The notes: generated by a model not told the origin, from the letters alone. DNA of 64,000 nt from a virus (IMGVR_UViG_3300009873_000020:1387-65386); one strand, 5' to 3'; positions 19,419-28,892 are shown, counted from the stretch's first letter. A program made the numbers and translations.

Positions 19419-20519
19419 ATGCCTGACTGGAACGATCCCACCATCACCCGCCGTTACGACACTGAGTTTACGCAAGACTTGAAAGCCTTGCGGGACTCTC
19501 AGGCGAAGCTTTTTGATGACGGCGTGAGCTGGTCGAACCTGCCTTCCGGCACGATCCGCTATTCGACCTCGAACAAGCGTTTCGAGAAGTGGAACGGAAG
19601 CGCATGGGCCGCGATCACCGAGTGGGCCATTCCCACCATCACGTCCTGCGGTCAGATAACGAATACCGGCACCATGAACATCGGGCCGAGCACGAACCAC
19701 GACCTTCGCTTCGACTCAAACGGCGCCACCCGCTTCGTGGTGGACGCCTCCCGCCTCTACCCGAATCAGCATGATACTTACGACATCGGCACCGCGTCAC
19801 TCCGCATCCGGGACGCCCACATCGCAAACGTAAAGAACGTCGGCACCCTCATAAACGGCAACACCATGACGATAGGGCCGACCAACTCGAACGACTTGAA
19901 CTTCCAAACTAACGGATCGTGGAAGCAAAAGATCGCCGCCGCCGGCCACTTACTCCCAAACGGAGATGACACTTACAACTTGGGAGCGGCGTTCGGCTCG
20001 GGGAGGTATTTGAGCGTGTACGCTGCGGCGCTGCGCGACTGCGCCAACCTCATAAACGGCAACGACATGACGATAGGGCCGTCGAGCGCTCATGTGCTGA
20101 ACCTGCGAACCAATGACCTCGTGCGGTTCTACGTGGACGCGACCGGGAATCTTTCGGGCGACGGCACCAACAGCGGCAACATTGTGTTCCTGAAGGCCGG
20201 AACCGGCATCGTGAACGCCGTCGATACGGGCGTGACCGCCACCGGCTCGGACCAGGCGGGCGCTTTAGCGATCACAAAACACGTCACCGTCATCTCGGGC
20301 GGGGCCGCCGACACGGGGGTTCGGTTATTCGCCCCTGCCGCCGGCTCGCAATCCTTCACGATCTATAACGATTCCGGCTCGAATAAAAAAGTTTATCCGC
20401 CCTCGGGCGCTGCGTTTTTCGACAACCCGGCCAACGCCGCCATCACGCTAGGCAACAACACGGCAGCGCTCTTTAGTATCATCAGCGCTACCAAGTGGGC
20501 CTATTTCGCGGGACCGTAA
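19419..20519 (+). CDS. Tail fibre-like protein with three internal repeats
   Basis: GTIRY.....FEKWNGSAW; three MxIGP...L.F.TNG repeats. Confidence 0.75.
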   Translation: MPDWNDPTITRRYDTEFTQDLKALRDSQAKLFDDGVSWSNLPSGTIRYSTSNKRFEKWNGSAWAAITEWAIPTITSCGQITNTGTMNIGPSTNHDLRFDSNGATRFVVDASRLYPNQHDTYDIGTASLRIRDAHIANVKNVGTLINGNTMTIGPTNSNDLNFQTNGSWKQKIAAAGHLLPNGDDTYNLGAAFGSGRYLSVYAAALRDCANLINGNDMTIGPSSAHVLNLRTNDLVRFYVDATGNLSGDGTNSGNIVFLKAGTGIVNAVDTGVTATGSDQAGALAITKHVTVISGGAADTGVRLFAPAAGSQSFTIYNDSGSNKKVYPPSGAAFFDNPANAAITLGNNTAALFSIISATKWAYFAGP

Positions 20520-20520
20520 G

Positions 20521-20721
20521 ATGACCAAGGACGAACAAGCCACCATTTTGTTAAGCTCGGTTGCGCGGCTTCAACGCATCAAGTTTCCTGCCGCAACGGT
20601 GGAGGAGTTACTTCAGATTTCGAGCGAGCTGATGCCGGTGATCGACGGTATCGGCGGCGTGTATAACGAACTAAAGGAGGAGGCGTTAAAAGAGGCAAAG
20701 CGTAAGAAGAAGGAGGCGTAG
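20521..20721 (+). CDS. Small hypothetical protein (possible fibre chaperone)
   Basis: Tightly packed after fibre gene. Confidence 0.55.
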   Translation: MTKDEQATILLSSVARLQRIKFPAATVEELLQISSELMPVIDGIGGVYNELKEEALKEAKRKKKEA

Positions 20722-23555
20722 TGGCCGACTTCAAGACCCAAAATATCGCCATCGTATTCGGGAGTTCCTCGGACCAGACCGACACGGCCTTACCGGACCA
20801 AAGCGGCATCACGGGAGTTGGCGCCGGCGGCAATACTTTTGTTTATATCAACTCAGTCACCTACTCCTCTTGCGGCGAGGATGGTGTCGGCACCGCCGAC
20901 CGGACTAATAGGGACTTGGGCGCAAGGGTTCAGCTCGTAAACGTATCCGGCACCTACTATGTAAGGGCGGATAGACTCAGTACCGGCGTAAATAACGACA
21001 TGCGGGTGTACTGCACGGTCGTTAGTTACATCGGCTCCGGTGGAGGCGCAAACGAGTTCATCGTGCGCGAGCAGGGAACGCTTTCGTTTGCGAGTGCCGA
21101 CAGCTCAAAAACCAGCTCCACCATCTCAGGCATCACCGACTGGAACGACTGCATCGTGTTCCACGGCGGATCTTGTCATGCCGACTCGGGACGTAATTGG
21201 GACAGGCACCAGACACAGCTCCGCATGACCAGCGCCCCGGCTGTCCAGGGCAATAGGGGCGCCACCACCAACGCAAACGACACCAACTATACCGTGGTGG
21301 AGTTCACGGGCTCTGCCTGGGCGGTCAAGCAGACGCTATCGGACGGGCCGATCAGTGCCGCAAACACCGACACGAACGTAACCGTCACGGACGTTACCAA
21401 CTGGGCCAAAGCCTTCATCTACGTTACTTTTGCAATGCCGGATGAGGAGGCGGTGAACCAGTGCTCTATTGCGTTTCGCAAGGGGGCAAACACAACGACC
21501 GTGACGCTACGGGCCGCAAGCGGCACTTTCAGTCACGGCGGCTACAACTTCACCATCAACACGCTGTATAACCCGAACATCTCAGTCGCGCACGAGGACT
21601 CCATTGCGGGCGGCGGCACCGACCACGGAACGAGTGATACGACCGTGAATCAGGCCATCACGGCGGGCTCGGGGGGGCTCGACGAGATGATGGCGATCTG
21701 TTCGAGCTACGTCGATCAGAACAACACCGGCTACCCGCGCCAGTGCTGGGGGTGGTTGTTGACCAGCAGCACGAACCTCCGCTGGTTCAGGGGGAGAAAT
21801 ACCGGCGCTACCGAGTGGACCCGGCAGATAATTGATCTGACGGTGAGTAGCGGCACTTCCCACGCACTGTCCGGCGCCATCGCGGCCACCGGCTCTTGCG
21901 ACGGAGCGGTGGCGGTAGCGCGGCCGCTGGCGGGACAGGTGGACGGAGCGAGCAACGTAACGGGGGCTGCGGCAGTAGCCAGGGCGCTGTCCGGTTCGGT
22001 CGATGGGGCAAGCGATATCACTGGTCTACTTGGCCTGTCGAGAGTCTTGTCCGGCACGGTGGACGGTTCGAGTAGCGTCACCGGGGCCGTTACGGTAGCG
22101 AGAACCCTTGTCGGCCAGGTCGATGGGGCGAGCAACGTTACCGGTAACGCGACTGTCGAATACGCGATCCAGGGCGTCGTAAACGCGGCGAGCACGGTCA
22201 GTGGACTACTCGGCCTCGGCCTGCCTCTCGCCGGCCAGGTCGATGGGGCAAGTTCGGTAAGCGGCAGCATTGACCGCACGAGAGGTCTTGCCGGATCGGC
22301 AGATGGTAGTTCAAGCGTGACAGCCGCTTTGGCAGTAGCGAAAGCACTGTCCGGTTCGGTCGAGGGTAGCTCAAACGTTACGGGCGCTTTGGCGGTAGCG
22401 AAAGCGCTTGTGGGCTCGGTCGAGGGGGCAAGTAGCGTTACAAGCGCTTTGGCAGTAGCGAAAGCGCTTGTCGGTTCGGTCGAGGGGAGTTCAAGCGTAA
22501 CCGGACTGTTAGGCCAGACGCTTCAAATTGCAGGCTCAATCGAGGGTAGCTCAAGCGTTACGGGACTTTTAGGCCAGGCACTTCAAATTGCAGGCTCAAC
22601 AGATGGCAGCTCAAGCGTTACGGGTACTTTGGCAGTAGCGAAAGCGCTTGTCGGCTCAGTCGAGGGCAGCTCAAGCGTTACGGGTACTTTGGCAGCAGCG
22701 AAAGCGCTTGCCGGCTCAGTCGAGGGCAGCTCAAGCGTTACGGGACTTTTAGGCCAGGCACTTCAAATTGCAAGCTCAATCGAGGGGGACTCAAGCGTTA
22801 CGGGCACTTTGGCGGTAGCGAAAGCGCTTGTCGGCTCGGTCGAGGGTAGTTCAAGCGTAACGAGCGCTTTAGCGGTAGCAAGAGTACTTGCCGGCTCAAC
22901 AGATGGCAGCTCAAGCGTTACGGGTACTTTGGCAGTAGCGAAAGCGCTTGTCGGCTCGGTCGAGGCAGTCTCGGCGATTGACGGAAGCTTAACGGTCGAG
23001 GGCGGCGCCATGAAGGCGCTGGCGGGGCTGGTCGCGGGAGCTTTGGACCTTGCGGGCAATTTGAGTGTTGGGCGTCCGCTAGCCGGAGACGTTACAAGCT
23101 CATCCTCAGTCGATGGCGCCGTTAGCGTAGCCAAACCGCTTTCGGCCTCGGTCAGTTCGAGCGCATCGGCAAACGGCTTGCTAGGGCTCCGATTTTCACT
23201 CTCGGAGCAGTTTAGCGGCGCCTCGAATGTGACGGGTGCGGCCACGATACTTCGGGGCTTAAACGGTCAAATCGCGGGGCAGAGTGACCTTCAGGCGGCC
23301 ATCTCGGCGCAGCGGGCCTTGGGTGGCAGCGTCGATTCTCTTTCTACCGCCGATGCTAAATTGATGTTAATGTACGCCTTAGAGGGTCTTATCTCCAGCG
23401 CATCAGGCGTAAGCGGCAATCTGGGGCTACAGATCCTTGACGTAGGCACTCCGACTCTCGTGTTCGAGGCCAAAAGCAGGCAGTTTATTTTCACTCCCGA
23501 GGTCCGCGAGTTTATATTGCAGGCCAGGGACCGTAAGTTTCAATTTGACGTTTAA
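20721..23555 (+). CDS. Large structural protein, beta-rich N-terminus plus about 29 x 18-aa repeats
   Basis: Repeat consensus LAVAKALVGSVEGSSSVTG; SD AGGAGG, GTG start. Confidence 0.8.
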   Translation: MADFKTQNIAIVFGSSSDQTDTALPDQSGITGVGAGGNTFVYINSVTYSSCGEDGVGTADRTNRDLGARVQLVNVSGTYYVRADRLSTGVNNDMRVYCTVVSYIGSGGGANEFIVREQGTLSFASADSSKTSSTISGITDWNDCIVFHGGSCHADSGRNWDRHQTQLRMTSAPAVQGNRGATTNANDTNYTVVEFTGSAWAVKQTLSDGPISAANTDTNVTVTDVTNWAKAFIYVTFAMPDEEAVNQCSIAFRKGANTTTVTLRAASGTFSHGGYNFTINTLYNPNISVAHEDSIAGGGTDHGTSDTTVNQAITAGSGGLDEMMAICSSYVDQNNTGYPRQCWGWLLTSSTNLRWFRGRNTGATEWTRQIIDLTVSSGTSHALSGAIAATGSCDGAVAVARPLAGQVDGASNVTGAAAVARALSGSVDGASDITGLLGLSRVLSGTVDGSSSVTGAVTVARTLVGQVDGASNVTGNATVEYAIQGVVNAASTVSGLLGLGLPLAGQVDGASSVSGSIDRTRGLAGSADGSSSVTAALAVAKALSGSVEGSSNVTGALAVAKALVGSVEGASSVTSALAVAKALVGSVEGSSSVTGLLGQTLQIAGSIEGSSSVTGLLGQALQIAGSTDGSSSVTGTLAVAKALVGSVEGSSSVTGTLAAAKALAGSVEGSSSVTGLLGQALQIASSIEGDSSVTGTLAVAKALVGSVEGSSSVTSALAVARVLAGSTDGSSSVTGTLAVAKALVGSVEAVSAIDGSLTVEGGAMKALAGLVAGALDLAGNLSVGRPLAGDVTSSSSVDGAVSVAKPLSASVSSSASANGLLGLRFSLSEQFSGASNVTGAATILRGLNGQIAGQSDLQAAISAQRALGGSVDSLSTADAKLMLMYALEGLISSASGVSGNLGLQILDVGTPTLVFEAKSRQFIFTPEVREFILQARDRKFQFDV
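21850..23420 (+). repeat. 54-nt tandem coding repeats, near-identical at about 22320-22965
   Basis: Recurrent TTGGCAGTAGCGAAAGCGCTTGTCGGCTCGGTCGAGGG..CTCAAGCGTTA. Confidence 0.9.
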
Positions 23556-23567
23556 CACAGGAGAAAT

Positions 23568-23972
23568 ATGGGAAGCTTTGCCGATTATTTAGAGAATGCC
23601 CTGTTGGATCACGCCTTTGGCGGCGGAGACTTTACCCGACCGGCGACGGTTTACGTTGGGCTATCTACTAGCACCATCACCGATGCCGGCGGAAACATCA
23701 CCGAGCCTTCAGGCAATGCCTACGCACGGGTAGCGGTGACTAATAACTCAACCAACTTTCCGAGTGCGTCGGGGGGCGCCAAGGCTAACGGGGCCGCCAT
23801 CACGTTTCCAGCCGCTACCGGCTCCTGGGGCACCGTGACGGATTTCTTCATTTCAGACGCTTCTTCAGGAGGCAACATCATGGGGTATGGAGCGCTGACG
23901 ACAGCGAAAGCCATCACGACAGGAGATGTGGCCAGTTTTGCAGTCGGAGAACTCGATCTGGCGCTATCATAA
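23568..23972 (+). CDS. Conserved small phage tail-associated protein
   Basis: ADYLENALLDH, VYVGL.T, E.SG..YARVAV, ITFP.AT..WGTVT, DA.SGGN. Confidence 0.75.
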   Translation: MGSFADYLENALLDHAFGGGDFTRPATVYVGLSTSTITDAGGNITEPSGNAYARVAVTNNSTNFPSASGGAKANGAAITFPAATGSWGTVTDFFISDASSGGNIMGYGALTTAKAITTGDVASFAVGELDLALS

Positions 23973-23992
23973 CGATATCATTAGCTTTTTAG

Positions 23993-24298
23993 ATGGAAGA
24001 ATTCACCAAACAGCCCTCAGAGCAGTGGACTATCGCCTGGAACTTCTTCGGGAAGCTGGCGCCTTTCAGCTCGGCGAACCTGGCAAGCGGCACCATCACG
24101 GCTTACAACGTGACCGACAGCGCTGACGCGACGGCCACGGTTTTATTCAGCAGCACCATGCAGATATCGAACTGGCTGGCGAAGTGCCGCGTGAAGGACG
24201 GAACGAGCGGCAAGAACTACCAGCTAACCGCGCTCGTGGTGGATTCGGATGGAGAAGTGTACGAGGAGGAGGTGTTAATGCGCGTTTTGGAGGAATAA
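23993..24298 (+). CDS. Small phage structural/virion-associated protein
   Basis: F.KQP.E, GT.G..Y..T.....S.GE..E.E pattern. Confidence 0.6.
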   Translation: MEEFTKQPSEQWTIAWNFFGKLAPFSSANLASGTITAYNVTDSADATATVLFSSTMQISNWLAKCRVKDGTSGKNYQLTALVVDSDGEVYEEEVLMRVLEE

Positions 24299-24299
24299 C

Positions 24300-24932
24300 G
24301 TGCTACCCGAACTTATCGTTCAGATGAATGACCTTTTCAAGAACGAGGCGCCACGTCATATGGCGCTTCTGCGGGACAAGGCGCAGCAGGGCGACATGAT
24401 CGAGGTGATAAAGGAGGCGCACGGCCTGGCGGGGACCGCCCGCAAGATCGAGGCCGTGGGACTGTACGAGCTTTGCATGTCGATTGAGCGCTTCGCCAAG
24501 GACGGTAACAAGGCGAGCCTGATGGAGTCCCTCTTCCACCTGGAGGCGGCCTATAATGACGCGCTGCACCAGGCGAACAAAACTACCATTGATCGTCGCC
24601 TCGAAGGGGTGGAGGCGAGCATCGTAAAGTTCGAGGCGTCACTTAAGCAGGAAATGAACGAAATGAAGTTGGCGCTACGCGATCATATCAAGAAACAGGA
24701 TGAGATATTACACAGCATTCGGGACAACACGGACGAGGTAAAGCGCTTCACCGAATCGGTCGGCAGGGAGTTCACCTCGATGGTGCAAGCGATCCTCGGG
24801 AAAAAGCAGGTGCCGCTCGAGATTTTCCAACGAATCATGACCATCTTTAGTTTGATTGCGATGGCCCTGGCCACGATCATTATTTTCCTCATCACGGGAA
24901 AACACCTCGGTTGGATACCGCCGATACCATGA
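24300..24932 (+). CDS. Hpt-domain protein with coiled coil and C-terminal TM helix, in holin position
   Basis: EAHGLAGTARKIEAVGLYELCMSIE resembles Hpt AHxLKGxxxxIGAxxLxxxCxxLE; TM at aa ~179-200; SD GGAGGA; ATGA overlap with endolysin. Confidence 0.7.
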   Translation: MLPELIVQMNDLFKNEAPRHMALLRDKAQQGDMIEVIKEAHGLAGTARKIEAVGLYELCMSIERFAKDGNKASLMESLFHLEAAYNDALHQANKTTIDRRLEGVEASIVKFEASLKQEMNEMKLALRDHIKKQDEILHSIRDNTDEVKRFTESVGREFTSMVQAILGKKQVPLEIFQRIMTIFSLIAMALATIIIFLITGKHLGWIPPIP

Positions 24933-25351
24933 CAATTAACCTCGCCACCTGGAAGGAGCGCTGGCCGAACTTTGAACCGTTTGAAGTTCTGTCGGACGAC
25001 GGCATGAGGGCATTTAACGCGGGGCATCTGGTGATTCAGCCGTTCGCCATGGATTTTCTGCAAGAGTTCCGCGAGAAGGTGGGCCGGGGCTTGATCGTAA
25101 ATACGTTGCAGCACTCCCGCCGTGGCTATCGGAGCCCTCGGGAGAACGCGCAAGTTAAGGGCGAGGAGTTCAGCTACCACATGCAGGGGCTCGCGTTCGA
25201 CATCAGCAGTCCGTCGATAAGGCTAGAAGATTTGCGCGCGGAAGCGGTGAAGTTCGGATGGCACGGGATCGGGAGCTATCCGAGCCGCTCCTTTATACAC
25301 CTCGATCTTCGACCGCGCCTCGATGACAAGCAGTGGTTTTGGGAGGGGTGA
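24929..25351 (+). CDS. Endolysin, peptidase M15 family
   Basis: GYRS..EN..V.G...SYHMQGLAFDI, GIGSY....FIHLDLR. Confidence 0.9.
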   Translation: MTINLATWKERWPNFEPFEVLSDDGMRAFNAGHLVIQPFAMDFLQEFREKVGRGLIVNTLQHSRRGYRSPRENAQVKGEEFSYHMQGLAFDISSPSIRLEDLRAEAVKFGWHGIGSYPSRSFIHLDLRPRLDDKQWFWEG

Positions 25352-26595
25352 TGATGAGACTGATTCAAACACTGATGGCTCTGGCCGTAATGCTTGCGCT
25401 TCTTTGCGGGGCGATGGCGGCGACGACTCAGGCGCAAGACGCCAGGGTAGGGCTTGCGCCATATAGCATCATGTCCCCACGCTGGCCTTGCAAGCAATAC
25501 ATGCGGGCCTTTCGCGGAGTGCCGGAGATTCGGTTCAGTTGGTTGTGGCGAACATTCGGTGAAGAGAAAGGTTGCGTCACGCAGCTCTTGCAGAACCAAC
25601 GAACGAAAGCGGCTCAAATTTATCTATTGAATTCCGTGGGGCACCGTAACAGGAGGCTTGGCAATTATGAGTTCCTCAAGGCTTATTCGGTACAGGAGTG
25701 GGAGGCGAAACTTAGGGCAAGAGATCCTAAGCTTCTTTCTCGATATCGTGAGTATGCTCGCGCTGCTAGTGATTTTCTACGGGCTAATCTACGGCCTGGC
25801 GTTGCTTGCTATGTAGCGCCGGAGCTTGAAGGGAACACCTCAGCACAAGCCTTCAAGGTGCTGGCCGAGGTGACGAAAGAGGTTTTTCCGAACTGCCAGA
25901 TCGTTCGCTCCGTCTTTCGGCAGCCCGCCGTAGCGCCGTACCACTACGAGCGCCACGAGACGAATGCGAGACTACAGGCTCCTTGCGTATGGAGTAATGA
26001 CGGAATCGGGATCAAGCATCATGGTCAAGACTCAAACCTTGCTAGCAACGTGTCAAGCGACGACGTTCCGGCACTCGTGAAGCGATTCGCAAAGTGCGAC
26101 AACATTTACCTCTGGAACGATTTTGATAACGCAATCTGTAAGGGCGGCTTTGTCGATCCAAGGAAGAGAACCTGCTGGCCCACTAAAGAGAAGATTGCCG
26201 CCACCAACAAGATGCTGCGCGAGCTGTACGAAAAGCCGGTCGTGGTCCCCCCGCCGAGCGAAGAAGATGAAGCGGCGAAGAAGAAGTGCCGCAAGGTCAA
26301 CCGCTCGAACGACGGGGCGGGCGGTTTTTTGTGGAAGCCGCTTTCTGACGTGAGACCTTCGGCAGTCGCCTTACTCCCAGGTAGATTCAAAGAGAAGTTT
26401 AAGCAGGTTGAGTTGATTAAAGGGAAGAAAGTTCTTGAGCGGTTAATCTGGAGTGGTTTTGGAAACGATGACAAGGATGGTCCCCGGCATCATTGGCGTT
26501 CAACACGAAAAGGGTCTTCTCTCCCAAAGCATACGCTATTAAAAGCTGATGGTCAGTGTTGGCCCTTAGCTGATCCAGGGAGCCGATTAGATTGA
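25351..26595 (+). CDS. Exported hypothetical protein, two domains joined by Pro-rich linker
   Basis: Signal peptide MMRLIQTLMALAVMLALLCGAMA; Cys pairs; C-terminal GFLWKP.SD domain. Confidence 0.7.
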   Translation: MMRLIQTLMALAVMLALLCGAMAATTQAQDARVGLAPYSIMSPRWPCKQYMRAFRGVPEIRFSWLWRTFGEEKGCVTQLLQNQRTKAAQIYLLNSVGHRNRRLGNYEFLKAYSVQEWEAKLRARDPKLLSRYREYARAASDFLRANLRPGVACYVAPELEGNTSAQAFKVLAEVTKEVFPNCQIVRSVFRQPAVAPYHYERHETNARLQAPCVWSNDGIGIKHHGQDSNLASNVSSDDVPALVKRFAKCDNIYLWNDFDNAICKGGFVDPRKRTCWPTKEKIAATNKMLRELYEKPVVVPPPSEEDEAAKKKCRKVNRSNDGAGGFLWKPLSDVRPSAVALLPGRFKEKFKQVELIKGKKVLERLIWSGFGNDDKDGPRHHWRSTRKGSSLPKHTLLKADGQCWPLADPGSRLD

Positions 26596-27284
26596 CGGCG
26601 CTCTTCATAGTGACGTTTCATATGGTCTCGCTTGCTCAGGACTCTTATGTTGTCAAGTGAGTAACCTTGATCATTGGCGATTCGATCAATGGTCGGAGAA
26701 AGCGCTTTTTGATAGTTTGAAGCTTGCCACTCCTGAAAGAGCTGAGGGAAGGAAGAAGAATCAAGCCAATTGGTAAACTCGGAGAAGGAAAATGACAGAG
26801 AACATTTTTCGTAAACGGCACGAGGCAGATATCGAAGTCGATACTTTATCGATTGGTAGAGCTGCTTCCGGTATTGTGCATTTGTTTTTCGATAAGTCGC
26901 GGACAACTTACGACAATGTTCAGCGTTTGCAGCGTAGTATCGTCGTGCCCTTTCTCTATACCGCTCGGGATTCGCTGCCCAAAGTTCCTTACGCCGTTGT
27001 TTCCGCTGTGGGGACTTCGCCTTCTCGTAGGCTAAACATGCTTCTCGATGCTTCTGGTAATACTCGCGATGGTATTCTCGCACCTTTTCAGCGTTGGCGA
27101 GTGTCCAGGCTTTCATTGCCGCGGCTTTTTTGTGCTTGTCAATCCGGGGTAACCGCTCTTTGTACTTGCACTTGTTGCAAGTATGAGCACGATACCGTTG
27201 ACCATTGGGCTTCAGACTCCCCAAGCGAAAAGCTGACATTGGATGAGCTACTTGGCATTTTTTGCAGGTTCTTGTTTCTTCCAT
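26553..27284 (-). CDS. HNH-like endonuclease, antisense insertion in lysis region
   Basis: N-terminal CKKC/CNKC; SPTIDRI.NDQGYSLDNIRVL. Confidence 0.75.
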   Translation of the reverse strand: MEETRTCKKCQVAHPMSAFRLGSLKPNGQRYRAHTCNKCKYKERLPRIDKHKKAAAMKAWTLANAEKVREYHREYYQKHREACLAYEKAKSPQRKQRRKELWAANPERYRERARRYYAANAEHCRKLSATYRKTNAQYRKQLYQSIKYRLRYLPRAVYEKCSLSFSFSEFTNWLDSSSFPQLFQEWQASNYQKALSPTIDRIANDQGYSLDNIRVLSKRDHMKRHYEERRQSNRLPGSAKGQH

Positions 27285-27330
27285 TGTTAGGTTTTAACAG
27301 AACGCTTCCTATTTAGCAAAGGAGACCTGT

Positions 27331-27513
27331 ATGATTCACTTGATTCTAGTGTTAATCCTGATCGGCGCCTTGATGGTGCTGGTCCCGATGGATGATCGGA
27401 TAAGAAAAATCGTTAACATCCTCGTGGTGGTTGTGGTCGTGCTGGCGCTACTGCAACTATTCGGGCTCATCCCGACAACGCTTCCGCTTCACATTCACGC
27501 CACAACAGTTTAG
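27331..27513 (+). CDS. Small two-TM membrane protein (holin-like candidate)
   Basis: Two hydrophobic stretches separated by PMDDRIRK; SD AGGAG. Confidence 0.7.
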   Translation: MIHLILVLILIGALMVLVPMDDRIRKIVNILVVVVVVLALLQLFGLIPTTLPLHIHATTV

Positions 27514-27528
27514 TTAAGGAGATACGAT

Positions 27529-27750
27529 ATGACAGAAGAAACATTGACGCATCCCCACCAGGCCGTGAAGCTCGCCACCACCAAGACGGCGGCGGGCGCT
27601 ACGGTTCAGGCATTAACATCGGCCACGGCGCTTAGTTACGTGCCCGAGCCGACCATCCAGGTGATCGGCTGGCTCGTTACCGTCGCATCGTACCTCTGGA
27701 CGCTCTACGGGCGTTACCGGGCAACTAAGAAAGTGACAAAGGTAATATGA
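27529..27750 (+). CDS. Small membrane protein (holin-like candidate)
   Basis: Hydrophobic segment then W.LYGRYRA.KKV basic C-terminus; SD AGGAG. Confidence 0.65.
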   Translation: MTEETLTHPHQAVKLATTKTAAGATVQALTSATALSYVPEPTIQVIGWLVTVASYLWTLYGRYRATKKVTKVI

Positions 27751-27914
27751 GATATCTTTTTTTGCTCTTATTCGCCCTTGCCGCCTGCACGTATGAGCAG
27801 GTGGACGCTTTCTTGAACGATCCCGCCTGGAACGAGATTGACGACATTGAGCCGGACGAGGAGGAGGTAGAGCCTACCCCCGCCTCGGACGAATACGAAC
27901 TTAACGACGTTTAG
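27747..27914 (+). CDS. 55-aa lipoprotein (possible o-spanin-like; not in ORF track)
   Basis: MRYLFLLLFALAAC lipobox, acidic tail; ATGA overlap. Confidence 0.65.
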   Translation: MRYLFLLLFALAACTYEQVDAFLNDPAWNEIDDIEPDEEEVEPTPASDEYELNDV

Positions 27915-28293
27915 CGAGCTTCGAGCCGGTGCCCTTGTACTGGGCGCGGCAGAGTGTAGCGTTGTAGAGTCTTGTCAGTTCCACCCTGTAGCCCTTACCT
28001 CTCTTTTTGAACACCCAGTTCGACTCGACCTCCCGGTCGTAGATGCTCAGGTAGAGCGACGGGTCAAAGGGCTTTGGCAAGAGGTAGTGGCGCTGGCCCT
28101 GGTGCGTGATGTAGAACTCGGTCCTGCCCCAGACGAGGGCCTTTCTGACCGTAAAGTTGCCCTTTAGCTTTTTCGGCCCGCCGCAGGTAAGCCCGAGCGT
28201 TGCCTTTACGTTGTAGCTGTACTTGCCGTTTAGGGCGTAAGCGGTTGATGGTAATGTTGCCGCGAGCATCGCGGCTAGAAATAGACGTTTCAT
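27901..28293 (-). CDS. Exported hypothetical protein
   Basis: Signal peptide MKRLFLAAMLAATLPSTAYA; SD GGAGG. Confidence 0.7.
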   Translation of the reverse strand: MKRLFLAAMLAATLPSTAYALNGKYSYNVKATLGLTCGGPKKLKGNFTVRKALVWGRTEFYITHQGQRHYLLPKPFDPSLYLSIYDREVESNWVFKKRGKGYRVELTRLYNATLCRAQYKGTGSKLAKRR

Positions 28294-28553
28294 TTTTTCC
28301 TCCGATTTTGGCTTTTCCTTCCTGTACCAATTTTCCCGCCCGGCCACGGCTCGTCCCAGACCATTTTGATGGCCGCTTGAAACGTAACGGGCGAGTGTTT
28401 CAGCAACTCGCAAAAGACTTTTAGCTGGTAAGAGATCGGTTGATGCTCGACGTTGTAGAGGGCTTGGCGATTCCTTAGTCTAAGAAGTCTTGCCATTTCC
28501 GAGCAAGTTAAACCACTTGGCTGCCTTAGCCTTTGAAAAACATCATTTGGCAT
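28290..28553 (-). CDS. XRE-type HTH regulator (candidate repressor)
   Basis: LRQ.SGLT.SEMARLL.L.NRQALYNVE; divergent from early genes. Confidence 0.7.
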   Translation of the reverse strand: MPNDVFQRLRQPSGLTCSEMARLLRLRNRQALYNVEHQPISYQLKVFCELLKHSPVTFQAAIKMVWDEPWPGGKIGTGRKSQNRRKK

Positions 28554-28666
28554 TTTCTTTATCTTTCCAGTGTTATTAGTTATTGACTTTGCGTCTTAAG
28601 CTGTGTCACTATCATCAACATAGTAGTTATTTACCATGAATGTCAAGTTAATCGGAGGAAACAACG
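28554..28666. promoter_or_regulatory. AT-rich divergent promoter region
   Basis: Minus strand TTGACA (28646-28641), 18 nt, TATGTT; plus strand TTGACT at 28583. Confidence 0.55.
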
Positions 28667-28891
28667 ATGAGCTATTTAAATCCATCACAGATCAACGATC
28701 AAAACAAACAATTAGCCGAGGAGTTCGAACGGTATTTAGCGATTCACTGCATATGGTCCGAGGATGATTTCGGCGGGCACTACGCATGGGACGCAGAGGT
28801 TCCGGCGCGGGAGGATTGGGAGCGCGAAGTCGCGGAGCTGAACAATCATCTTACTGACAGGGGTGAAGCTAAAGGAGCAGAGAGGTATTAA
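28667..28891 (+). CDS. Hypothetical early protein
   Basis: SD GGAGG. Confidence 0.65.
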   Translation: MSYLNPSQINDQNKQLAEEFERYLAIHCIWSEDDFGGHYAWDAEVPAREDWEREVAELNNHLTDRGEAKGAERY

Positions 28892-28892
28892 T

